Assembly (NCBI GenBank): GCA_964479945.1
Contig: CAYZNS010000006.1
Coordinates: forward strand, 1,107-65,106
Reading direction: 5' to 3'
DNA: 64,000 nt
From: an uncultured Candidatus Saccharibacteria bacterium
GTDB taxonomy: Bacteria > Patescibacteriota > Minisyncoccia > Ryanbacterales > 2-02-FULL-48-12
Both the position numbers and the translations under genes were made by a program. Below, piece by piece: positions 19,829-29,162 of the stretch. The notes under the pieces are model-generated. The model ran no database searches. It had not been told where the DNA came from and was given only the letters and a program-made list of their open reading frames with translations. The first letter of the stretch is position 1, and each line of letters starts with the position of its first letter.

Positions 19829-22093
19829 ATGAAATCCCTTGTAATTGTAGAATCCCCCACTAAAGCCAAAACCATTTCCCGCTTCCTCGGGAAAGATTTT
19901 GTCGTGGAATCCAGCTTCGGCCACATTCGCGATCTGCCTTCGTCGTCGCTAGGCATTGACGTAGAGCATAATTTCACACCCAAATATGTTATTCCCCGTA
20001 AAGCATCGCCGAAGGTAAAAAACTTGAAAGAACTCGCGAAAAAGGCAGATCGTATTATTCTGGCAACTGACGAAGACCGGGAGGGAGAAGCCATAGCGTG
20101 GCACCTCACCCAGGCCCTTGGCCTGGGAAATTCCAATTTCCAAGAAACAATTTCCAAACGAATTACAAACAAAAACAAAAAATCAAATTCAAAACAAAAA
20201 AAAGAACACGCTCCACGCTCCACGCTCCACGCTCCACAAATCCAACGGATCGTTTTTCATGAAATTACCAAAAAAGCGATAGAGGATGCGCTTAAGCATC
20301 CGCGGGAGATTGATGCGCATCTAGTGGACGCGCAGCAAGCGCGGCGTATTTTGGACCGGCTGGTTGGCTATAAGCTCTCGCCGTTTCTCTGGAAGAAGAT
20401 AGTGCGCGGTCTCTCTGCCGGCCGCGTACAGTCAGTTGCCGTGCGGCTTATTGTAGATCGCGAACGCGAAATTGAAAAATTCAAACCACAGGAATATTGG
20501 TCGATTTCCGCACTACTGCGGAAATCGCAATTTCCAATTTCCAATCCACCAACTGGCGGACAATTTCCAAACGAATTTGAAGCACTGCTCATAAAAAAAG
20601 GCAACGAATCGCTGGATAAATTTGCCATAAAAACAAAACAGGCGGCGGATAATATTGTTGCTGATCTCACCGGCGCTTCCTACACCGTAAAATCCGTAGA
20701 GAAAAAAGCAACCCAGCGCATGCCCCCGCCTCCCTTTACCACGAGCACGCTTCAACAGGCGGCATCAGCGCGAATGGGATATTCCGCGCGCCAGACCATG
20801 GTATTAGCCCAGCAATTATATGAAGGCATTGATGTTGGCAACGGCGGCCATACCGGCTTGATAACCTATATGCGCACCGATTCGCTTAATCTATCCGCAG
20901 AATCGCTCACAGCAGCCGCAGTTTATATTACATCCGCGTGGGGTTCTTCGTACGCACTGTCCGCACCGCGCGTTTATAAAACAAAATCAAAGGGGGCGCA
21001 GGAAGCGCACGAGGCAATCCGTCCCACCGACGTTACGCGCGCGCCCGCGCGCATAAAACAATATCTTGACAATAAGCAATATAAATTATACGAACTCATA
21101 TGGCAGCGTTTTGTAGCAACGCAAATGCCACCCGCAATATTCGACAGTACAACTGTCGATATTGCGGCAAATCACAAAACACAAATCACAAATTCCAAAC
21201 AAATTCCAAATTCAAAAATCCAAAATCAAAACATAGAATACCTATTTCGCGCCACGGGGTCCGTTCTGAAGTTTGACGGATTTCTCAAAGCGTACCCCAT
21301 AAAAACGGAGGACAAATTGCTACCGGAACTTGTGGAAAAACAGGTACTTGATCTGGAGAAACTGGAGCCGCGGCAGCATTTTACCGAGCCGCCTCCACGG
21401 TATTCGGAAGCATCTCTTATTAAAGTGCTGGAAAAAAACGGCATTGGTCGGCCTTCCACCTATGCACCAACCATCGGCACCATTCAAGAACGCAATTATG
21501 TGCAAAAAAATGAGGCAAAACGCTTCCAACCGACTGAGATGGGCGTTATGGTAAACGACCTCTTGGCAGAACATTTCCCCGCTATTGTAGATGTGCAATT
21601 TACCGCGCGCATGGAAGAAGACTTGGATAAAATAGCAGAAGGAGAGCGCGCATGGGTGCCGACCATTCGGGAATTTTATGAACCGTTTGAAAAAACCTTA
21701 CTGGAAAAATACGAAACCGTTAAAAAACAAACCACAGACGAAACTACGGACGAGATATGTGAAAAGTGCGGCAAGCCGATGGTAATAAAACACGGGCGCT
21801 TCGGTAAATTTATTGCCTGTTCCGGTTTCCCGGAGTGCCGCAACACGAAACGTTCGTCCGAATCCTCCCCAGCCATTGGCATACCCTGCCCCAAATGCGG
21901 CGCGGAAATTATCCAAAAAAGAACGAAACGCGGTAAATTTTTCTTCGGCTGCAGCGCCTATCCCACATGCGATTTTGCTTTGTGGGATAAACCCACCGGG
22001 GAGAAATGTCCGAAATGCGGCTTGTTGATGGTAGAGAAAGGGAAGAAAGTTGTTTGTTCTGATAAGGAATGTGCTAGGGTATTAGAGCATTAG
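19829..22093 (+). CDS. topA: DNA topoisomerase I with three C-terminal C4 zinc ribbons and three in-frame low-complexity insertions
   Basis: Toprim IVESPTKAKTI. Active-site region LITYMRTDS. Zinc ribbons CEKCGKP...CSGFPEC, CPKCGAE...CSAYPTC and CPKCGLL...CSDKEC. Confidence 0.9.
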   Translation: MKSLVIVESPTKAKTISRFLGKDFVVESSFGHIRDLPSSSLGIDVEHNFTPKYVIPRKASPKVKNLKELAKKADRIILATDEDREGEAIAWHLTQALGLGNSNFQETISKRITNKNKKSNSKQKKEHAPRSTLHAPQIQRIVFHEITKKAIEDALKHPREIDAHLVDAQQARRILDRLVGYKLSPFLWKKIVRGLSAGRVQSVAVRLIVDREREIEKFKPQEYWSISALLRKSQFPISNPPTGGQFPNEFEALLIKKGNESLDKFAIKTKQAADNIVADLTGASYTVKSVEKKATQRMPPPPFTTSTLQQAASARMGYSARQTMVLAQQLYEGIDVGNGGHTGLITYMRTDSLNLSAESLTAAAVYITSAWGSSYALSAPRVYKTKSKGAQEAHEAIRPTDVTRAPARIKQYLDNKQYKLYELIWQRFVATQMPPAIFDSTTVDIAANHKTQITNSKQIPNSKIQNQNIEYLFRATGSVLKFDGFLKAYPIKTEDKLLPELVEKQVLDLEKLEPRQHFTEPPPRYSEASLIKVLEKNGIGRPSTYAPTIGTIQERNYVQKNEAKRFQPTEMGVMVNDLLAEHFPAIVDVQFTARMEEDLDKIAEGERAWVPTIREFYEPFEKTLLEKYETVKKQTTDETTDEICEKCGKPMVIKHGRFGKFIACSGFPECRNTKRSSESSPAIGIPCPKCGAEIIQKRTKRGKFFFGCSAYPTCDFALWDKPTGEKCPKCGLLMVEKGKKVVCSDKECARVLEH
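20128..20240 (+). repeat. In-frame insertion 1 in topA (AATTTCCAA / CAAAAA motifs, then CACGCTC x4)
   Basis: Encodes GLGNSNFQETISKRITNKNKKSNSKQKKEHAPRSTLHAPQ, between conserved AWHL and RIVFHEITK blocks. Confidence 0.55.
20521..20577 (+). repeat. In-frame insertion 2 in topA carrying CAATTTCCAATTTCCAATCCACCAACTGGCGGACAATTTCCAAAC
   Basis: Near-identical to tsaD segment 60317-60366. Confidence 0.6.
21168..21236 (+). repeat. In-frame insertion 3 in topA (AAATCACAAA / AATTCCAAA / CAAAATCAAAA motifs)
   Basis: Encodes NHKTQITNSKQIPNSKIQNQN. Confidence 0.5.
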
Positions 22094-22254
22094 GTTTTAG
22101 AGCATTATTGAGCTTTCATAAACAGCTTAACATGGTCGTCTTCTCAAAAATGCTTTAAAATAGGCATTTTACGGGGCATGCGCCTGTTAAGTGAATAGTG
22201 AAAGGTCAATAGAAAATGGGAATCCTACTAACCTAAAGCTCTAATGCTCTATTC

Positions 22255-23982
22255 ATGGATTGGAAACAATTTAACCAAATACTAACAGACCTCGGCTATT
22301 CCGAGAGTGATCGCGAATTCATATCGCAGGCTTTTTCTTTCGCCCGGAATGCTCATGAAGGACAGAAGCGCGCATCCGGCGAGCCGTATTTTACCCATTT
22401 AGCAAACGTCGGCGCATATATAGCGGAGATGAAGCTGGACGCGCATACGATAGCGGCCGCCCTTTTGCATGACGTACTGGAAGACTGCGCCGTGCCGCAG
22501 GAAGAGCTCGCGCGCCGTTTTGGAGAAGATACGGCATTTCTTGTTGAGGGTGCCACAAAACTTGGCACCGTGCGGTACCGCGGCATACAGCGCAAAGTTG
22601 AGTCGCTGCGCAAAATGTTTCTTGCAGTGGCCCAAGACGTGCGTGTAGTCCTTATCAAACTTGCCGACCGCCTGCACAATATGCAGACAATCCAATATCT
22701 TCCGCCGAAAAAACAACAACGCATCGCAACTGAAACGCTGGAGATCTATGCGCCTATTGCGTACCGCCTCGGCATGGGCGGCATGAAAGGCGCGTTGGAA
22801 GACCTCGCGTTTCCTGTTACGAATCCGGACGAATACGCATGGGTATGCCGCGAAGTGAAACACCGTGTACCGGAAGGCGAACAGTATCTCCGAGAAGAGG
22901 TAAAACCAGCGCTGGAAGAATTCCTGCATGCGGACGGCATACACCCTATTGCCATTGATTTTCGTAAAAAACATCTCTATAGCTTATGGCAGAAACTGCT
23001 TCGGTACAATATGGACTTCGGCCGCATTACGGATCTCCTTGCCATGCGCGTTATTGTAGATACTGTTGAGGATTGTTATCAGACGCTTGGCATCATTCAT
23101 CAACTCTGGAAGCCGCTTCCCGGCCGCATCAAGGATTACATAGCGCTTCCAAAACACAATGGCTACCGAAGCCTGCACACCACCGTGTTCTGCGGTGAAA
23201 ATAAAATAACGGAGTTCCAGATACGAACGCAGGAGATGCACGACGAAGCGGAGCGCGGCGTTGCCGCGCACTGGATGTACACGGAAACCGGCAAGCCGAA
23301 ACGAGGAGCGGCCGTGGAGCGGCAAACTGCATGGATACAAAAACTCTCCGCATGGCAGCAGGAGGTGGGCGCGGCTGAAGACGATGATGAATTTTTAGAA
23401 TCCTTAAAGATAGATTTCTTCAAAGACCGCATTTTCGTCTTGACGCCGAAAGGAGAAGTAATAGACCTCCCTGCTGGGGCAACGCCCGTTGATTTTGCGT
23501 ATGCAATACACTCAGAAATTGGGGACCATATGATGGGGGCCAAGGTAAACGGCAAACTCTCACCCTTTGACCGCGAGCTCGCCTCCGGCGAAACAATAGA
23601 AATTCTCACGCAAAAAAATAAAAAACCGAACGCCGAGTGGCTTTCGTTCATAAAAACGTCGCTCGCCCGCAACCGCATACGTGCCGCCGTCCGTAAAGAG
23701 CCAGAGGGCGCTTCTTCAGGCGCCACCCGCAAAAAGCAGCATCAGCAATATCAATGCGTCATTACCGGCCGCGACCGCGTGGGCTTGCTCAAAGATATAT
23801 CCGCGATATTTTCCGAATTCCGCATTAACATTCAGCACATCGCCATGAATACGAAGAATAAACAGCAATATCCGGATATCGTCATATCGTTTCAGGCACG
23901 CGATGAGCGGCAAGTGCACAGCGTCGCCACGCGCCTCAAAGGTGTCCCTGATATTGAAGAAATTGCAATGAAACGGGTGTAG
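22255..23982 (+). CDS. rel: RelA/SpoT-family (p)ppGpp synthetase/hydrolase (HD + synthetase + TGS + ACT domains)
   Basis: HD motif LLHDVLED. Synthetase core RVIVDTVEDCY...KDYIALPKHNGYRSLHTTV. TGS block IFVLTPKGEVIDLPAGATPVDFAY. C-terminal ACT-like region. Confidence 0.85.
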   Translation: MDWKQFNQILTDLGYSESDREFISQAFSFARNAHEGQKRASGEPYFTHLANVGAYIAEMKLDAHTIAAALLHDVLEDCAVPQEELARRFGEDTAFLVEGATKLGTVRYRGIQRKVESLRKMFLAVAQDVRVVLIKLADRLHNMQTIQYLPPKKQQRIATETLEIYAPIAYRLGMGGMKGALEDLAFPVTNPDEYAWVCREVKHRVPEGEQYLREEVKPALEEFLHADGIHPIAIDFRKKHLYSLWQKLLRYNMDFGRITDLLAMRVIVDTVEDCYQTLGIIHQLWKPLPGRIKDYIALPKHNGYRSLHTTVFCGENKITEFQIRTQEMHDEAERGVAAHWMYTETGKPKRGAAVERQTAWIQKLSAWQQEVGAAEDDDEFLESLKIDFFKDRIFVLTPKGEVIDLPAGATPVDFAYAIHSEIGDHMMGAKVNGKLSPFDRELASGETIEILTQKNKKPNAEWLSFIKTSLARNRIRAAVRKEPEGASSGATRKKQHQQYQCVITGRDRVGLLKDISAIFSEFRINIQHIAMNTKNKQQYPDIVISFQARDERQVHSVATRLKGVPDIEEIAMKRV

Positions 23983-24298
23983 GTGACTAGCCGAGCTCTA
24001 TCCCGGTGCAACCGCGGATGGATATGGATATCTCATCCAGAAAACGCATCATGTCATTCCCGCGTAGGCGGGAATCCAGTTGTCCGCCCGAGGCGGATCA
24101 GCATCCGGATGAAAAAACATATATACCTTCAATGGTAATGGATCCCGCATCAAGTGCGGGATGACAAATTATGTCGCATGTGGTGCGGATTCATAATGTT
24201 TTATCTATAGCCGGGCTCAGCACCGGAAATGCTTACCGGTGCCGTATTCCGGAATGTGCCGAACCCCGGTGGAACCTGAATTAGTCACAACCTTGCAC
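23983..24298. repeat. Composite ~315-bp copy of repeat family A with internal hairpins (ATTCCCGCGTAGGCGGGAAT, CCCGCATCAAGTGCGGG)
   Basis: Left end is GTGACTAGCCGAGCTCT, the inverted family-A arm. Right end has CCGGAATGTGCCGAACC ... TAGTCACAACC. Confidence 0.6.
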
Positions 24299-25987
24299 TT
24301 ATTCAGTCAAGAACTCAATTCCTCCTGCATCTTTTTGCACACACAATTTCCCATTCTTGAGCGTTATAGCACCTTTTCTTATAGGATCATATAAATATTT
24401 TTTTCCTTGTGGATGGTTTTTTTGGTATTTAATGAAATCTACAAGGATATCTTTAAATGTGGGTATATTTTTTAAAACATGTTTAACTATCCCATCTATG
24501 TAAGCAGTCGCATCGCCTTCCCTGCCTCGCATACTGTCCTCAAATGAAGCCAGTTCCTCTCTTGTCATTCCATTCCTAACTAAAAGGATGAATCTATTCA
24601 TTGCGTCCAAAGATTCTGGTTTATAGAGAGGATCTTTTGGCGCCTGCTTTTCCATTTTTTCTCGCCATTCTTTCAAGCCAATTTCCGGATCGGTGCTAAT
24701 AGTAATACCACTTTGCATGAGTTCCTTTTCAACAGCAAGTAGTCTGCGCCATATATCAGCGCTATTCTGCACAGCATCTACTACACGATTATTAATAACA
24801 TCCATGTACAATTTCTCTTTTTTTGGGATCTCCACTTTTATACGGCTCAAAACTTCTTTAAAAAAGAAAACATTTTTGATGTTCTGTTTGCAATCACGAA
24901 TCATATGCTTTAAAGTGAAATACCGCTTAACATCCACGTTACTGTCATCCTGAATGTCCTCTTCGGAGACCATACCATCCAATCGTTTATCAACTTTCTT
25001 GGCCTCAAAAAGAATATTTTGCACTTGTGGTAATAATTCCACATTCTCCATTATTGCATTATGTTCTTCTCTGTCTATCTTTTTTAGCGTTCCTGATAGA
25101 TAAATTAAATTCAACTCATCACTCCTGGAATCTATGGCTATGTTTTGTAAAATTTGATCCATTTCGTGAGTACCAAATCCTTTGCTCTCTGCTTTTTCAA
25201 CCATCGCCGCATAATATTCTATTTTCTCGGGTATCTCAAGTTTATTAAACTCAAGCACTTGCTCCAACCGCAACTCTCGCAACTGCTCAGGCGTTAATGG
25301 AAGTTGTTCCTGCACGCCACCAAAACGATCAACTCTCGATAGCGGCGACCCTTCATTTGTCTTTTCTTCGTATTCTGCCAACTCTTCCTCTGAAGAAGTT
25401 CTTGGTATTGATTGAATAAATTCTTTATACGTTTTCGCTTTTTCGGGATACTGGCTCGCAAATTCATTCCACATATGGATTGAATTTGCTTCGTATGTCC
25501 GATTCCAGACTTCATTGAATTGAAGTGTCGGTTTCTCAAGTGCTTGCCGCACACCAGAATCGGCATTTGTTTTTCTTAGTATTTCATTTTCCAAATTTTG
25601 AACAGCGGGATCATCAATAGGGTTATCGTAGATACGTTTCTCCTCTCGTGCATCATACATCTGTGCTACTTCACTAAATTTCTCTCGAAAGAGATTTTCG
25701 GCTCGATCATCCAAAGTAACCGGCTTCTCATGTTTTTTAAAAGCAGTTGGATCGCCAAACATATAATCTTGAAACTCGGAACGCAGTTCATTTCCATTCC
25801 ACCTATTACCATTCTGTCTTTCCCAATCAGCGATCAATTCATCTTTTATTGACTGAAATCTTGGATCATCAATTAATTTCCTCGTCAGACTCAACTCTTG
25901 CGTCTCGATTTTCTTATCCATACTTTCATCCTTATCTGGTTCAATTATTCGCGGCTGTTCGTATAAAATTTTTTTTTCGCCTTCCAT
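24299..25987 (-). CDS. hypothetical acidic protein (562 aa)
   Basis: ORF only; AT-rich relative to its neighbours. Confidence 0.5.
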   Translation of the reverse strand: MEGEKKILYEQPRIIEPDKDESMDKKIETQELSLTRKLIDDPRFQSIKDELIADWERQNGNRWNGNELRSEFQDYMFGDPTAFKKHEKPVTLDDRAENLFREKFSEVAQMYDAREEKRIYDNPIDDPAVQNLENEILRKTNADSGVRQALEKPTLQFNEVWNRTYEANSIHMWNEFASQYPEKAKTYKEFIQSIPRTSSEEELAEYEEKTNEGSPLSRVDRFGGVQEQLPLTPEQLRELRLEQVLEFNKLEIPEKIEYYAAMVEKAESKGFGTHEMDQILQNIAIDSRSDELNLIYLSGTLKKIDREEHNAIMENVELLPQVQNILFEAKKVDKRLDGMVSEEDIQDDSNVDVKRYFTLKHMIRDCKQNIKNVFFFKEVLSRIKVEIPKKEKLYMDVINNRVVDAVQNSADIWRRLLAVEKELMQSGITISTDPEIGLKEWREKMEKQAPKDPLYKPESLDAMNRFILLVRNGMTREELASFEDSMRGREGDATAYIDGIVKHVLKNIPTFKDILVDFIKYQKNHPQGKKYLYDPIRKGAITLKNGKLCVQKDAGGIEFLTE

Positions 25988-26004
25988 AATTTTAAATATT
26001 TATA

Positions 26005-27108
26005 TTACACCGTAAAAGTAGTAAGATCCTCAGGCCGCGCCATACCTTCCTCTTCCGGCTGTTCGTTCTGTGACTCATGTATGGTAACCGCGCTTCCGCT
26101 TGTATCTTCTTCCGGCATTGCGCCGCTTGCCGCCGCGTTGTCAGCCGCCATGCGCACCAATAAATTCTGCAACTCTTCTTCCGAGAAAAATTCTATGGAT
26201 ATTTTACCTTTCCCTTCCCTGTTCCGGCGCACGGAAACGCGCGTACCAAGCGCGTTAGCAAGTTTTGTCTCAAATGTGCGCGTTGCCACATCAAATGTTT
26301 CATTATCAGATTTTTTTGTCGCCTTCAGCGCCGGACCTATGCGTGCGAGCACCTGCCGCACCGAGTATTCTATGTCCCGCGATACCAACCCCTCCGACAA
26401 TATCCGGCGAAATAACACACGCTGTTCATCTTCATTATGAGAAATGCCCAGCAAAGGACGCGCCTGCCCTTCCGTCATACGCCCATGCGCAATAGCTTGC
26501 TGAATATAATCCGGCAATGCAAGCAAGCGCACGGTATTCGCCACCGCTTCCCTGCTTTTTGCCACGCGCATGCCAACTTCCCGCGCCGAGAGGTGAAACT
26601 CGCCCATAAGGCGCTTGTATGCCTGTGCTTTCTCCATCGCATTTAAGTCCTCGCGCTGTAAGTTTTCAATAAGGGCAAGCTCCAGCTTTATTTTATCGGA
26701 CTCCTCACGCCGTATCACAGCCGGAATATGCGCCAAGCCGATCATGCATGCCGCGCGGTACCGCCGCTCGCCCGCGATAATCTGGTATTCCACCTGCGTA
26801 CCGGTCGGCACGTCAAACTCCCGCTTGGAGACTACAATGGGCTGCAGCATGCCGTATTGCCGGATTGATTCGGCAAGCGCGCGGATTTTCTCTTCATCAA
26901 AATGGGTACGCGGCTGTTCCGGGTTGGGCTTTATCTTTGTGGTCTCAACCCAAAACACGCTTTCTTTTGGCCGCTCATTGGCCGGCGGCAGATTACTCGA
27001 CGCTGCCGGAGGAGCACTGATTTCTACGCTGCTTTGAGAAGAAGCCGCCGTTTCTTCGCCGCTTCCCCCCAGAAGAGCGTCAAGCCCGCGTCCTAATACG
27101 TTTGCCAT
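26005..27108 (-). CDS. parB: chromosome partitioning protein ParB/Spo0J
   Basis: ParB box IAGERRYRAACMIGLAHIPAVIRR plus HTH region. Confidence 0.85.
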   Translation of the reverse strand: MANVLGRGLDALLGGSGEETAASSQSSVEISAPPAASSNLPPANERPKESVFWVETTKIKPNPEQPRTHFDEEKIRALAESIRQYGMLQPIVVSKREFDVPTGTQVEYQIIAGERRYRAACMIGLAHIPAVIRREESDKIKLELALIENLQREDLNAMEKAQAYKRLMGEFHLSAREVGMRVAKSREAVANTVRLLALPDYIQQAIAHGRMTEGQARPLLGISHNEDEQRVLFRRILSEGLVSRDIEYSVRQVLARIGPALKATKKSDNETFDVATRTFETKLANALGTRVSVRRNREGKGKISIEFFSEEELQNLLVRMAADNAAASGAMPEEDTSGSAVTIHESQNEQPEEEGMARPEDLTTFTV

Positions 27109-27180
27109 ACTATCATTCTACTAAATTATTCTTTAAACATCAAACAAAGTTAATTACATGAGCGCTTGCGCCGTTTTTTT

Positions 27181-27253
27181 AATGAATTATGAAGATAGAA
27201 TTATGAATTATGGGAAAAAATCTTGTTCCATAATTCCTGATTCATAATTCATC
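27181..27253. repeat. Palindromic element family I (GAATTATGAA ... TTCATAATTC) in the parA-parB intergenic region
   Basis: aatgaattatgaagatagaattatgaattatggg...ccataattcctgattcataattcatc. The same motif class is inserted in tsaD at 59752-59832. Confidence 0.6.
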
Positions 27254-27276
27254 TCTCACCCAAGCAATCCCATAGA

Positions 27277-27305
27277 ATATGTTCGAAACGCAGTTTTGAA
27301 CATAT
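27277..27305. promoter_or_regulatory. Imperfect 13-bp-arm palindrome ATATGTTCGAAAC-GCA-GTTTTGAACATAT between parA and parB (candidate parS/operator)
   Basis: Seen directly. Related palindromes TGTTCGAAAC-N3-GTTTCGAACA occur in the family-G repeats. Confidence 0.3.
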
Positions 27306-27307
27306 GT

Positions 27308-28069
27308 CTATCCAACTAACCCAAGTATCTCTTCCGTAAGCTGCCAATATGCTTTGGCGCCATGCGAACGGGGCGCGTAGCGGAGTATTGTTTTTCCGAA
27401 ACCCGGCGCCTCGGCGAGCTTTGCGTTGCGGGGTATTACGGACTGAAACACGTAATAAGCTGATTTTTCCCGCACTTCTTTGAGTACCGCGTTCGCAAGG
27501 CGCGATTTTCTATCGTACATGGTACATAAAACGCCCAAAATGCGGGTTTTCCTGCGCGGAGCCTGATTTAGTTTCTGGATCGTACGAAATAGTTCCGACA
27601 TTCCTTCCAGCGCATAATACTCGCACTGAACCGGCACCACCACAAATTGTGAAGCGGCGAATCCGTTCACCGTAAGAACGCCAAGGCCCGGCGGCGCATC
27701 AATATAAATTACGTCATACACGGCAGCGGGCGGCATAAGCGCGCGATCAAGAAAGGTATTGCGCATATGCATATGCGTAAGCTCAATGGCAGTTGCCGCT
27801 AAATCCGGCGTTGCGGGAAGCAGCGACAAGTTGGGTATGGAAGTCTCAATAATTCCTTCGCGCGCGGGCACTTTCCCTATAAGCGCCTCGTACGTTCCCG
27901 GCACCCCCTTGAGCCGCGTCTTCCCCAGCAGCGCGGAGGTGGCATTCGCCTGCGGATCAAGATCAACCAGCAAAACTTTTTTGCCGAACGCCGCCGTGTA
28001 CGCCGCTACGTTTACGGCAGTAGTGGTTTTCCCCACGCCCCCTTTCTGGTTTGCGAAAATAATGGTCAT
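27308..28069 (-). CDS. parA: chromosome partitioning ATPase ParA/Soj
   Basis: Deviant Walker A QKGGVGKTTTAVN. Confidence 0.9.
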   Translation of the reverse strand: MTIIFANQKGGVGKTTTAVNVAAYTAAFGKKVLLVDLDPQANATSALLGKTRLKGVPGTYEALIGKVPAREGIIETSIPNLSLLPATPDLAATAIELTHMHMRNTFLDRALMPPAAVYDVIYIDAPPGLGVLTVNGFAASQFVVVPVQCEYYALEGMSELFRTIQKLNQAPRRKTRILGVLCTMYDRKSRLANAVLKEVREKSAYYVFQSVIPRNAKLAEAPGFGKTILRYAPRSHGAKAYWQLTEEILGLVG

Positions 28070-28166
28070 GCGCTTTAGTATAGGACAACAACAAGAGCTT
28101 GTCTAAAACTTGCACAAATAGGACATATTATGTATACTTTAGAAAAGATATATACAAGGAGGCGTT

Positions 28167-28397
28167 ATGGCAGATGTTAAAGGGGTGTTCTTCAGTTTGT
28201 TGTATCAAAGTTTTTTAAATGAAGTTGACTTGGGAATGCTTGATGAGAATATAATCACCCAAGTCGCAAATAACTTTTGGATAGAGGCCAAAAAGGAAGC
28301 AAAGGGCGGAAGGATTACCAATACAATCTTGGATAAAAAAATCCACGCCGCCACCGAACAGTTAAAGCTCCTTGCGGAGCTTGAAACTACGGTGTAA
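28167..28397 (+). CDS. small hypothetical protein (76 aa)
   Basis: ORF followed by an intrinsic-terminator-like hairpin. Confidence 0.35.
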   Translation: MADVKGVFFSLLYQSFLNEVDLGMLDENIITQVANNFWIEAKKEAKGGRITNTILDKKIHAATEQLKLLAELETTV

Positions 28398-28423
28398 TAA
28401 TTTTATCCTGTTCCCCGTTCCAT

Positions 28424-28447
28424 GCCCCATCCCAAGGGGCGTTTTTT
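28424..28447 (+). terminator. Rho-independent terminator GCCCCATCCCAAGGGGCG + T6
   Basis: Seen directly, downstream of the 28167 ORF. Confidence 0.5.
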
Positions 28448-28448
28448 C

Positions 28449-28477
28449 TTGAAAAAAGAAGAAAAATAAGGTATAAT
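28449..28477 (+). promoter_or_regulatory. sigma70-like promoter TTGAAA-17bp-TATAAT, 10 nt upstream of tRNA-Leu
   Basis: ttgaaa aaagaagaaaaataagg tataat. Confidence 0.5.
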
Positions 28478-28487
28478 TTTCATATGT

Positions 28488-28571
28488 GCCGCGGTGGCGG
28501 AACTGGCAGACGCGTTGGACTCAAAATCCAATGATCGCAAGGTCGTGTGGGTTCAACTCCCACCCGCGGCA
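28488..28571 (+). tRNA. tRNA-Leu (anticodon CAA), class II with long variable arm; CCA not encoded
   Basis: Acceptor GCCGCGG/CCGCGGC. Anticodon loop CUCAAAA. T-loop GGTTCAACTCC. Confidence 0.85.
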
Positions 28572-28604
28572 CTAGTACCCCATTAAATTAATTTTGTCGT
28601 TGTT

Positions 28605-28650
28605 TTTCTGCGTTTTTCTGCGTAAAGTCTGCGAATTTCTGCGAGTACTT
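28605..28650. repeat. Four direct TTTCTGCG-type repeats (iteron-like)
   Basis: tttttctgcgtttttctgcgtaaagtctgcgaatttctgcg. Confidence 0.4.
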
Positions 28651-28763
28651 CCGACAAATTTATTTTAAGGAAGTACTAGCACTTCTCTGTAAAGAAAATG
28701 CAATCACATAACGTAGCGGCGGGAGTTGAAGGGAATGCCGGGGGCATTCCCGGGCCCGAAGGG

Positions 28764-28781
28764 AACTCCCACCCGCGGCAC
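28764..28781 (+). repeat. 18-bp exact duplicate of the tRNA-Leu 3' end (AACTCCCACCCGCGGCAC), att-site-like direct repeat
   Basis: Identical to 28555-28572. Confidence 0.55.
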
Positions 28782-28786
28782 CATTT

Positions 28787-28858
28787 GCCCTCGTCGTTCA
28801 ATGGATAGGACGCAAGATTCCGGATCTTGTAATAGGGGTTCGAATCCTCTCGAGGGCA
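28787..28858 (+). tRNA. tRNA-Arg (anticodon CCG)
   Basis: Acceptor GCCCTCG/CGAGGGC. Anticodon loop UUCCGGA. T-loop GGGGTTCGAATCC. Confidence 0.8.
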
Positions 28859-28880
28859 CAAATGACAAAAGGAGTTATTT

Positions 28881-29162
28881 TTATAGCCGCTTCCTCGTAT
28901 TTTTATACACCACGGACCGATGCTGAATGGCAAATATTTTTACCGTTAATTTCTCTATGCGAAAAATAACGCGATAATCTCCTACACGCAGTTTGCGGTA
29001 TCCGGCAAGAGATTTTCGCAGCGGTTTTCCATACGTCTCAGGATATATTGCAAGCTTTTTCTCAATAGCAAGCCGTATCTTCTTTTTCCATGCGGCAGGC
29101 AAGCGCAGAATATCCTCGCGCACAGCCAACGCATGATACGTTATGGAAAATTTTATTTCCAT
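28881..29162 (-). CDS. relE: RelE/ParE-family mRNA interferase toxin
   Basis: YRKLRVGDYRVIFRIEKLTVKIFAIQHRS is canonical RelE/StbE. Confidence 0.8.
   Translation of the reverse strand: MEIKFSITYHALAVREDILRLPAAWKKKIRLAIEKKLAIYPETYGKPLRKSLAGYRKLRVGDYRVIFRIEKLTVKIFAIQHRSVVYKNTRKRL

Noticed and set aside
22399-22974. 191-aa minus-strand ORF inside rel
   Set aside because: Antisense shadow ORF of a highly conserved gene.
27277-27305. Canonical parS (TGTTNCACGTGAAACA)
   Set aside because: The palindrome present is TGTTCGAAAC-GCA-GTTTTGAACA, which does not match the canonical parS core. It is kept only as a candidate operator.
28676-28933. ORFs overlapping the tRNA region (both strands)
   Set aside because: They cover tRNA-Arg and the att-like repeat. 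Composition is atypical.
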